Of a stretch of DNA of 64,000 nucleotides, positions 1 through 9,957 are shown one piece after another. Source of the stretch: Naegleria gruberi (lineage: Eukaryota). The position numbers were made by a program, and so were the translations under genes. Where the stretch lies: assembly GCA_000004985.1 (NCBI GenBank), contig GG738857.1; one strand, given 5' to 3'. The notes beneath the pieces were generated by a model. The model had not been told where the DNA came from. It saw nothing but the letters and a program-made list of their open reading frames with translations, and did no database searches. Positions within the stretch are counted from its first letter, which is position 1, and each line of letters starts with the position of its first letter.

Positions 1-913
1 TCCAGATCAGTTTAAAGTTGATAAGGAAATTGTCATGCCAATGTTGAAGAAGAATCCAAAGCAATTAGAAAATACTCCTCTCAATCGAAACAAAGAATTT
101 TTGTTGGAATTTTTGAAAGAAAACCCCTCAGTTGATTTGAACTTGGTAGCTCATTTCATTACACCTTTTGGAGATGAATTTTTACGAAGTGCCATTGAAT
201 TGAACGGATTACTTTTAGAACATGCCAATGCGGAAATGAAATCAGATAGAGAGTTAGTTTTGAAAGCTGTTTCTAATAAGTGTCACGCTCTAGCATTTGC
301 TAGCGATTTATTGAAACAAGATTTTGAAATTGTAATGCAATCGGTTAAACAAGATGGCTCTACTTTACTTTATGCCAATGATTCTTTGAAATCAAACAGA
401 GAACTCGTATTGGAAGCATTGAAATCTGGATATTTTGACGAAAACAAGGATATTGACTGGAATGATCCTGAAATACTTTTGAATTTTGCAATGAGTAGAG
501 CACCAGTCTATTCTATTCCATCGTTATCAGAAGAAATTAGTTCTGATTGTAATCTCTTTGAGAAACTCTTGTCATATAATGGAGAAATGCTTCAATTTGC
601 TTCAGAAGCTATCAGAAATGATGAAAATCTAGTTCTTCTTGCAGTGAAATCATCTTGGAGTGTATTAGAATATGCCTCTCAAGAAAGACAAAATGATCTC
701 TTAACAATTCTAAGAGCTCGTCAACTAGCTGTTAGAAAGTTTAGCTCCCTAGATATGGCAGCTGATGATTGGGCACCCTACAGGCCTCCATCTTCTGTAA
801 CCACTGATAATGTATGGTATGAGAGAGTATCAGCTGATTTTGAAAAAAGAGTATGGACTCAATATCTCCTAGATTGTAAGCAGCAAACCAGAAACCCCTA
901 TGCAATGAATTAA
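1..913 (+). CDS. DUF4116-like repeat protein, 5' end truncated by the window edge (reading frame is open back to nt 2)
   Basis: ORF 35..913, open upstream to the window start. About 36-aa tandem repeats of the form D/N-R/K-E-L/I-V-L-x-A-V/L-K-x-x-G-x-x-L-x-Y-A. The same repeat family occurs in the gene at 45624..47363. Confidence 0.55.
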   Translation, partial: PDQFKVDKEIVMPMLKKNPKQLENTPLNRNKEFLLEFLKENPSVDLNLVAHFITPFGDEFLRSAIELNGLLLEHANAEMKSDRELVLKAVSNKCHALAFASDLLKQDFEIVMQSVKQDGSTLLYANDSLKSNRELVLEALKSGYFDENKDIDWNDPEILLNFAMSRAPVYSIPSLSEEISSDCNLFEKLLSYNGEMLQFASEAIRNDENLVLLAVKSSWSVLEYASQERQNDLLTILRARQLAVRKFSSLDMAADDWAPYRPPSSVTTDNVWYERVSADFEKRVWTQYLLDCKQQTRNPYAMN

Positions 914-1019
914 GATGACAACAAAGATAACAAGAATCCCATTGCTTCCCTGATTTTCTAGCCGTTACAAATTTTAACAATTAATAATAAAATAATAAAA
1001 ATTTATGATTTAAAAAAAA

Positions 1020-2657
1020 TCAACTTCCTTTCTGTTCTCGATAGGCTTTGTACCACTCGCAAGAGCCAAAGGTCTGAATGTTTTCCTTCAAGCATCGATA
1101 GGCTAAAAATTCATCATCATTACTGATGCGAAACATTTTGTCGACATTCAACATGCAATCTTCTTCTTCCTGCTGTTGTTGTTGTTGTGGTTGCGATGGA
1201 GGATAATTATTCTCATCGTTGCCATCATCATGTTGATTCACCAAATATTGCCTACTCCTGTAATCCAACCACTTTTCATAGAATAATGGTGCTGCATCGA
1301 GTAATGATGTTCTCAAAGCCTTTGCTCTCCTTTTAATCATCATGGTAGAGAACATGGAGGTTTGCAATGGAAACTTCATATCGGAAAAGACAATAACAAT
1401 CAGCCTTGTGGAGTGAGGACCCAATCGATAGAAGAAACGAACTACAAGAGCATCAGCTCTCACTTCATTCTCCGATTGTTCCAATTCATTGTTGTTATCA
1501 CCATAGCTTTTGTGAATGGTTATGATGCAATCCAATTCTGCATCGTAGACTGTTGCATTGGTAGTGTAGAGAGCTCTGTCCTTCATCTTAATTCCTGCAT
1601 AGTCAAAGGAGAGAATGGTCTTACTCTTTGTACAGGAGAGGGTCTTGTTTTGTGTGCCACTTTTGAAGCCGAGAAGGTGAGATTTCTCTTCAATATCTAA
1701 TTTACATCTACTCTCTGATGAGGCATACAAGGCAAAGATGAAATCTCTCTCCATGTCCAAATTGAAGACATGTTTGTAACATTTGAGGCCAGTTGTTTCT
1801 CGCTTGCCAATACTAAAGTCAGTATTAGAGAGATAGGTCGATAGTACGGATGGCTCCTGTGACTCGTGAACCAATTCCCAGCAATCTGAGGCCTCAGATA
1901 GAGAAAAAGCTCCATAGATGTATCTTGGAGTGATTTCATCACCAACAAAATCATTGGATTTCATTCGAAAGTCAATCCTTCCCTTTTCGTTACTTATGGC
2001 TATACGACGGGTGAATTCTTCACCTTGCTCTGTTAACAATTCTTGTAAATCATTGCTCGTTAAATACCTTGGAAATTGATCTTGCATCATATCGTGCAAT
2101 ATGGAAAGTCGTATACCCTCAAAAGTAAACTCAGGATTAAGTAATTGCAGTATTCTATTTGTGGTGGTGTTACTACTTGAGCGAGATTCTTTGAGAGATG
2201 GCAGCGAACTCACACGGCTCAGTTTGCTTTTCATGAGATTCTCAAGTTCTTCATTCATCTCTTTGGCTTTTTGGATGAGGGTACTCGATAAGTTAAGGGT
2301 AAAACTTTCTAAATGTTTCTTAAAGAATGCTCGAAAGTTATTGTACAAATAATTGATATTGGTTTGGAGTGAAGCTTCCATCTTTTCAGTTTTGAAAAGT
2401 GCCTTCTTTCGGATGGTTTTCAACTTGTATTCATGCTTATATTGTTCGAAATCCTTAAGAAAGACAACTATTTCTTGACAATCAGAAACATTAATCAGAT
2501 AACTGAAGAAATGTTCTCTGGCATCATCTACTTGCAATAGGGCATCAAACTGTACTGAATATTTCTTTGGGTCAAACTTTGTTGGCGACTGTTTGCCGTC
2601 ACCAAAAGATCGATTCTGGCTTCGTCTCTTCATTAATAGCTTTAAAGGTGACGACAT
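1020..2657 (-). CDS. Hypothetical protein with an RGS-like segment and a polyQ/acidic tract
   Basis: Long minus ORF 1020..2717. The likely start is the internal Met (MSSPLKLL...) near 2657. The motif REHFFSYLINVSDCQEIVVFLKDFEQYK resembles the RGS-fold core. Low-complexity QQQQQQEEED. Single exon. Confidence 0.45.
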   Translation of the reverse strand: MSSPLKLLMKRRSQNRSFGDGKQSPTKFDPKKYSVQFDALLQVDDAREHFFSYLINVSDCQEIVVFLKDFEQYKHEYKLKTIRKKALFKTEKMEASLQTNINYLYNNFRAFFKKHLESFTLNLSSTLIQKAKEMNEELENLMKSKLSRVSSLPSLKESRSSSNTTTNRILQLLNPEFTFEGIRLSILHDMMQDQFPRYLTSNDLQELLTEQGEEFTRRIAISNEKGRIDFRMKSNDFVGDEITPRYIYGAFSLSEASDCWELVHESQEPSVLSTYLSNTDFSIGKRETTGLKCYKHVFNLDMERDFIFALYASSESRCKLDIEEKSHLLGFKSGTQNKTLSCTKSKTILSFDYAGIKMKDRALYTTNATVYDAELDCIITIHKSYGDNNNELEQSENEVRADALVVRFFYRLGPHSTRLIVIVFSDMKFPLQTSMFSTMMIKRRAKALRTSLLDAAPLFYEKWLDYRSRQYLVNQHDDGNDENNYPPSQPQQQQQQEEEDCMLNVDKMFRISNDDEFLAYRCLKENIQTFGSCEWYKAYREQKGS

Positions 2658-3116
2658 TTTTTTAAGCGAATACTTCTTACCACCTAGGCGAAGAAGAGAT
2701 GCACAAATAATTCTCAAGCACTATAGCACCGTGCTATGATTACTAAGTTTTTGACACTCGTTGATAGAGGCGTGGGTTAATGAATCATTCAAAACTGGTC
2801 AATCGCCACAGTGTTTGGACGAAAAGAAATACTTTTATAGATATCCCAATTACTTTATTATTCGGGATGAAGTAAGGATTTATATTGGCCTGGGGTGGTA
2901 TTTTCCCTCATCCCATCAACGCCAATTCTTTGAATATTTGAAGCTCACTTTCGTTGAATTGGACGAAATACAAATAAGGTGTAAAAAAGTGTTTTCTTTA
3001 AATAATGAAAATTTGAGTAAGGTCCTTTAGCAACGTGTAGAAACTTAATGTTTTTTTTTGGATCATGTCGTGTAATCCTTCACTCATCAACCTGTCAACA
3101 ATCATCAAATAAAAAA

Positions 3117-6100
3117 ATGTTAAACTCGGGGACATCAGCAACTGCCTCACATAGGAGGATACACAGTGCTAGTGTCTTTCAGTTCTCTCGTCCCTCCATC
3201 TATAAAAACATTTACGGACAAGAGCAAAAGAAAGAACTTCAATTCACAAATTTATCAAAAATCAACAAGGCAGCATGTTCAGCCGAATCAACAGTTATCA
3301 GTTGTAATCAGGACTTTTTTGCTTTACCATTCGGAACATATGGTAGTGTGATTAGTAGGTTTTATTTTGATGATCAAATTGCCAAATGTCATTTAAGTTA
3401 TGAAACATTCAAATATTGCTGAGGATTCAAAAGTTAGAAGAGCAAATGCCAGTCCACCACTCTTATCTGAACACTCAGGACTTGTTCACGATCACTCCTT
3501 CTCTCCATTTCTTCCATCTGATGGCACTCATCTATTTTCAACATGTTCAGCAGATTGTACTGTTAAAATTTGGAAAATTACACAAAAGGAACAAACAATT
3601 CATGGACATTGTGAAGATTTACAACAAGTTATCACATTGAAAGGTCATGATAAGAAGGTCAATACAGGAGATTTCCATCCGAGTGTGAATAATATTTTCG
3701 TGAGTGCGAGTGGAGATAATACTTTGAGAATTTGGGATATCACAACACAGAAAGATATGATTGTTTTGAGGGATGATTTTGATGATATGGTTCAATCGTG
3801 GGATTGGTCTTCAACTGCATCAGTTTTATATACCTCGAGCAGAGATACTGTGGCAAGAGTTTATGATCCTAGAACAAAGTATGCAATTGTGGTAAGTTTT
3901 CTCATAATTTTCAAAGATTAATTTCATTGGATTTAATTTGTAAAATTTATTCGAATATTATTATGTTCAATATTGGTTTGGAAAATAATGAATGGGAAAA
4001 TAACAGTCAGGAAAAGCTCACGATGGTAAGAAGGGTTTCAGAGTTGTTTGTACCAATCACGATCAATTTTTCACAGTTGGTTTCAATGGATCTGGATCTC
4101 GTGAATTTGCCTTGTGGGATTTGAGAAAAGGTATGAGAAAGGGTCCTCTCACAAGAGAAACAATCAATGACATGACACCAACCCAGCTCTTCCCATTCTA
4201 TGATTCTTCATCTCATCTTTTATATTTGGCTGGTAAGGGAGATACCAAGATGAGAGTTTATGAAATTGATAGTAATTCAGAGCCGTACGTTCACTATTTG
4301 AGTGAATTTAAGCTTACCACAACCAATACTGGTCTTGCCATGTTGCCAAAACGTTTGTGTGATACGAAATCATTCGAGGTGGCTCGTTTTATGAAGTTGA
4401 ATGTGGAGAGTGTGGAAACTTTCAATTTTTACGTTCCAAGAAAGAAGGAACAAGCCGACATCTTCCAAGAGGACTTGTATCCGCCAGTTCCAAGTGGAAA
4501 ACCATCAAACTTGTCATCAGCTGATTGGTTTGGAGGAAAGAGCTGTATGCAAGACCTTATTTCATTGAGACCACCAGAACAAGAATCCTCACCAACTGTA
4601 TCAACTGGCACAAAAATAGCAAGAGGAAGATCGTATGCCTTAAAATCTGCTCCCTCAGTTGATAATGGACTCAATACCAAAGCAAGTGATGAATTTTCGG
4701 ACTCACTCCTTATCAATTCATACGGTTTCTATTTGAATAGTTATTTGAATATTTGGCTTCTCAAGGAGATGAAATGGAAACGATTCTTCTTTGCCCTCCA
4801 CAAGACAAAGAACAATTCGGATACGAATAGCGTAATTATTTATGGTGAGAGTCCTTCTCAGGTCAAAACAATCAGAGATGAAATTTCCAATAAGGAATCC
4901 AATTTGAATAGAAATGAATTCATTTCCAAATATTCAAGATCCAAGAATTGTGGAGTGATTTTCCTTCACCAACTCGTCTACATGCACAAAGCTTACACTT
5001 TGGGAGATGAAAAATTCTCAGACAATCAAACAATTGAAGTCATGTACACAGATATTGTTCAGAATGACAATGTCACCCTATTCTTATCGAGTGATTCTGA
5101 TGAAACTGTCAAATCATGGGTTGAAACCATTATGAAGCTCTGTAAAAAGAAGGATATTGTAAAGAACAACAAGACATTCAAGGGTTACATTTTACAACTC
5201 AAGGAACATGAGGATGATATTCCTGCCTATTGGGCAAAGAGATGGTTAAGCATTACAGAGGATTACATTCTCTTGTATGCTAGTAGAAAGGCAAGCGTGC
5301 CTGAGACTGCTTTGAAATTCCCATCAAGAAAAGGATCCTCCCAGTTCTTTGATTCTCTTTCTCATTACAAGGTCTATGAAAATGTTGATGCTTGTGAATT
5401 TTGTGATAGCATGGCTCTCAATGGAGACGAAAAGAATTTGTGTTTTACTTTGAGATTTGAAGGAAAATCAAAGAAGGACAGAAATATCATTTACTTTTTA
5501 GCAAATGATGATCAACAAAAAGAGTCAATCTTTGAAATGGTCGGTATCAATAGTGGAGCTATCAAGCTTGGTGCTTCAGAAGAGGAAAAGCTCTTGGATA
5601 AACTTGGTCTTGTTGCTCATGAAGAACCAGAAAAAATTGAAGAATCTGTCACTCCAGTCGATGAAGGAATTGGTAAAATTCAAGTATGGCCAATTTCTAG
5701 CTCTATTGCCAATGAAGATATAGAAGATTTATTCTCAGTCTTTGGTAAGATTGATAATACTTTCATTGATCCAAAGGAAGGATTTGCTCTTGTGACTTAC
5801 CATCAAAAGAGTTCTGCTTTGGCAGCTGTCGTACTCAACCAATCTACATTTGATGCTAACAAGATTAATGTTCAAGTTTTGTCAGATGATGAAGTTTATG
5901 AAGCTGGCTTTGTAAAGGTTGATAATCTTAGCCCTCAATGTTCGAAACAAGATTTACGTGATTTGTTTGGAACATTTGGTACCATTCAAAAGATCAAACT
6001 GTGGCGTGATCAAAACAAATCTACAAACTTTAGTGGATTTATCAAGTTCAAGACAAAAGAACAAGCAGAGATGGCCTTAATGTTTAATGGCTCCAAATTA

Positions 6101-8542
6101 TATTACGAAGAAATCAAAGTTACTCTTGTGACTTCTGAAACTGAATTGTCATCTTTCAATCAGGGAGATGATAAGGGTTTTGTCAACGAATATGATCCTA
6201 ATGAAGTCAAAGCAGGAAGACAAAAAGTTCTCATTCAAATCAAGGGTGACAAGAAGATTAGAAGTAGAAAAGTTGAACTTTCACCAAAGAGTGTCAATTC
6301 TGGAGATATTTTCGTTCTCGATTGTGGAGCAACAATTTATGTGTGGAATGGTAAACAGACATCTCGTTTCAAGAAGGCCAGAGGTTTAGATGTTGCTACC
6401 AATTTGAAACTCAAGGAAAGAGGAGGTAATGCTAAAATTCTGATTATGGATGAAGGAAAGGATGATGAAAAGGAGTTGGAGAGACAATTCTGGAATGCCA
6501 TATTTTCCGAATACAAGGATCCATCATTCAAGAAGGAAGATTTCCTTAAAGCAATTCCAGATAAGAAGGCAGGAGGTGACGACAAGGAATTCGAAGAATA
6601 CATTGATAAGAGAACCATTCTCTTCAGAATTGGTTTCACTGAACACAAGTTTGACATGACTGCAGATCCAAAGAGACAAGATGAATATGGAAAGTATCAA
6701 TTGAAAATTGTTAGTAGAGGTGGTCAACCGGCATTGAAAGATTTCAACTCTAACTTTGTCTATGTTTTGGATTGTTGGAGTGAAATTTACATTTGGGAAG
6801 GAAAATTCTCATCCAAGCAACAACGTTCATTTGGAAGAAAATTCGCTTCCAAACTCGAACAACAAGACAAGAGACCAATTTGGACCAGCGTGTGTAAAAT
6901 TGTTGAACACTCTGAACCAATTCTATTCAAGGAGAAAATGTCAGATTATGCAGGTGCTCTTCCAATTGCTGTTTCAAGTGCAGCTCTTGAAGAAAAACAA
7001 GGCAAGGGCAATATTGCTGCCAAGAGAGAACAACATGAAATTGATGTTGATCAAATGTTAAATGCATCGATTGCTCCAAGGGAAGCCATGTTCCACGATG
7101 AATCCCTCTCTGACCAGAACGAGGTCTTTATTTGGAGAGTTGAAGGATTCGAGAAGGTTGAATTCGACTCTAAATTCTATGGACAATTATTTAGTGGAGA
7201 CAGTTTCGTCATCTTATTCAAGTATATCAAGTTTAATAAGGCAAAACATATAATCTACTTTTGGCAAGGAAGAGATTGTTCTACCAATGAGAAGGGTGCT
7301 TCTGCATTGCTAACCATCGATGTTTCTAATATTGATTTGCAAGGTGGAGATGCTCCTCAAATAAGAATAGTTCAACAAAAGGAAACTAGACATTTCTTGT
7401 CCATGTTCCATTCACATTTAGGTTTGGATTCACTCATTATCAATACTGGAAAGTGCATTACAACAGCTCCTGAGACTATTCCAATTAGGAAGAGAATAGG
7501 AGGTGTAGCTGCTTCATCAGCCACAAATGAAGATCCAAACAAGAAGGGATTCCAACAAGCTTTGGAGAATTTGATTATTTACGATGTTCGATGTGTAAAA
7601 TCTCCAATTGCTGACAATGAAAAGCTTGAAAAGACCAAAGCTATTCAAGTTGACCTCTCACCAAATGAATTCAAAAACGTGGAACAACTTTCCCGTCTTT
7701 TCAATTCTAATCACTGTCTCTTAGTATGTACAAAGGACAAGAAGGAATGTTACTTGTGGAAGGGCAAGTATCACAATCAAAAGGAGCTCGAACTCGCTGC
7801 TCACATAGCATTGGATGTGTTAAAATTACCATCCAAACTTATTTCAGTAGATGAAGGAGCAGAAAAGGATGCCTTGTGGAAATTATTTGGTTTGACTGGA
7901 CTTTCTGCAGCACCAATCAAGAAGTACATCAAATCTCAATCAGACAATATCAAGAAGAGAATAGTTCCTAAATTGTATCAATTTTCTGGAGCTACAGGTG
8001 TTGTTGATGTTGAAAGAATTTACAATTATAGTCAGGATGATTTGGATATATTTGGAGTTTTCTTCCTCGATGCCCAGGAAGCTGGTTGCTTCGTTTGGTT
8101 TGGATCTTACTCTCAACATCATGTTCAAAAGGTAGCACTGGAAACAGCCATGAAATACTGTGTGAAACATTACAATAATGGTGAAATGCTTTTACAAGTG
8201 ACACATACCTGTCAAGAACCTAGCTCATTCAAGACTGCCTTCCATGCTTGGTCTTCCTATCGTGACAAGTACATTGTCAATTATTCTAACAATAATCCAA
8301 ATGTTGTAAATAAGGAAGTTGTCATTCCTGCCATGGATATGATCAAGGAATATGCAAGAAAGACCTATTCCTACAAGACCCTACTTTCAGAACAATTACC
8401 AGCAGGAGTTGATGCCACCAAATTGGAAGAATATTTGAGTAGTGAGGAGTTCCAAATGGTTTTCAATATGGGTAGAGAGGAATTTGCAAATCTTTCCAAG
8501 TGGAAACAAGAATCTGAAAAGAGAAAGGTCTACTTGTTCTAA
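3117..8542 (+). CDS. Villidin-like actin-binding giant: coronin-type WD domain + PH domains + gelsolin repeats + C-terminal villin headpiece
   Basis: Exons 3117..3354, 3398..3891 and 4007..8542. The introns are 3355..3397 (gtaggt...taag) and 3892..4006 (gtaagt...acag).

Coronin signatures: SIYKNIYGQEQKKELQF at the N-terminus and GKGDTKMRVYEI...EVARFMKL. PH-like segments (WLLKEMKWKRFFFALHK). Gelsolin repeats (VLDCGATIYVWNGKQTS, FVYVLDCWSEIYIWEGK). Terminal headpiece LSSEEFQMVFNMGREEFANLSKWKQESEKRKVYLF. The first intron placement and the start codon are uncertain. Confidence 0.75.
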
Positions 8543-8731
8543 ATTCATTATTAAAAATCTTTCAAACTCTGGTGTGAGAACAAACAAATTATAAAATTTT
8601 ATTCTTATACGAAACACAAATGAACCAAAACACAAACTATTTATTGATTCAATAATAGTTACTATTTGGAGAAACACATTATTTTACAACTCCAAACCAA
8701 TAACCATTTCAGCAACTACTCAAGAAGTAAA

Positions 8732-9163
8732 TTAATTTTCCTTGATATCATAAACATGTTCAACACCCATAGCAGAGATGGTATAAACAGTGAATGTCTT
8801 TGCATCACCACCTTCCATAGCTGCTTTAAACTTTTTCAACAAGTTCTTGTCCTTGATTTGCAAATCAGTCTTTTCTTGACCTTCATCATTCATCAAATTC
8901 AAGTAACCGTCCTCCTCATTGAAATCAATGAATTCATACTCCTTCTTGGTAACGAATGGAGCATAGATGGTCAAATCAGTTGGATGAATGGCTTCATACT
9001 TTCTTCCAGTGAAGATATCAGATGCTGTCAAGTGCATCTTTGAGCTACCATGTTTACCTGGCTTGGAGCAGGCAAAATCGATAACTTTGCAAGGAAATCC
9101 TTGAATTATTACATGTGATCCTTTCTTAATATTTCCGACTTGGATTGGATGAGTTTGGCTCAT
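8732..9163 (-). CDS. eif5a: Translation initiation factor eIF-5A
   Basis: 143-aa single-exon ORF. Hypusine-loop motif SKPGKHGSSK, preceded by GSHVIIQGFPCKVIDF. Full-length alignment to the eIF5A pattern. Confidence 0.9.
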   Translation of the reverse strand: MSQTHPIQVGNIKKGSHVIIQGFPCKVIDFACSKPGKHGSSKMHLTASDIFTGRKYEAIHPTDLTIYAPFVTKKEYEFIDFNEEDGYLNLMNDEGQEKTDLQIKDKNLLKKFKAAMEGGDAKTFTVYTISAMGVEHVYDIKEN

Positions 9164-9303
9164 TAAAATTCTGAAGAGTTTAATTGATGATTGAGAAAAC
9201 TTGTTGTTTTGCTTTTTTTTGTTTGAAAATTATCATTTCTGCTGCAAATTGAGAAATTTATAGAGAAATTTGAGTTTTTTCTGATTGGATGCTTGAAATT
9301 TTC

Positions 9304-9469
9304 ATTGTAAAGTGGGGTGACGTGTTCTGTGATCGAAGTTTGTTGTATTTTTGGAGCTAGTTGAGGAAGTGTGTGGGATAATTACATGAAACTATTGAAG
9401 TACATTTTTGAAAATGCACATTTTGTGGATTTTTGAAAATGCATTTTGTAAAGTGGGGTGACGTGTTCT
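9304..9469. promoter_or_regulatory. Two copies of a 24-nt GC-rich motif TTGTAAAGTGGGGTGACGTGTTCT (9304..9327 and 9446..9469) in a divergent promoter
   Basis: Exact direct repeat 142 nt apart, in the AT-rich intergenic region between the eIF5A start (9163, minus) and the coiled-coil gene start (9958, plus). It contains the TGACGTG / CACGTC core. The flanks are also similar (TTGAAA.T.CATTTTGTAAAG). Confidence 0.4.
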
Positions 9470-9957
9470 TTTTGATCATATTTTTAGTTGAATGGAAGGG
9501 AAAATTGAGGATTTTAATGAAACCAAAAGAATGGGCGAGAAAATTGATTGTAATTGATATCTTTGTTCAAATTATTAGACAAGATTCGAATAAATTTTTT
9601 TTTGAATATTTGAAATAAAAAAGAAAGTTTTCAATACTTTCTTTTCATTCCATCGTGAACTATTCTTGATTATTCAACCTAATCTTTACAATAGCCTCAA
9701 AGTTTCTGAAAGAGAGAAAGTCCAACACCCATTCATGTTCCTTCCATTTTTATTTCATTCTATCATTAACTTTCCAATGCACTCTGATCTGAATTCTTAT
9801 GATGACCTCTTTGAAATATTAAACATTGTTTCAATTTCACTTTTTTCTTTCAACACCTTTCTTATTCGAAAGTGCCCATAATTAGTCAAAATGCTCATCG
9901 CTGCAAATAAGTCCAAATATTGATTGGCACCCTTCAACCATCATCTTGAGAAAAAAA

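Noticed and set aside
1362-1700. Several 60-130-aa ORFs antisense to long genes (for example 1362..1700, 4429..4716, 30715..31293, 31350..31709)
   Set aside because: Antisense ORFs are expected inside long GC-poor coding regions. No independent support.
2761-3030. 89-aa ORF between the RGS-like gene and the villidin-like gene
   Set aside because: It sits in the divergent promoter region with no homology signal and is short. Probably non-coding.
8666-9043. 125-aa plus-strand ORF
   Set aside because: It lies antisense and fully overlapping the well-supported eIF5A CDS, with no motif. Treated as a spurious antisense ORF.
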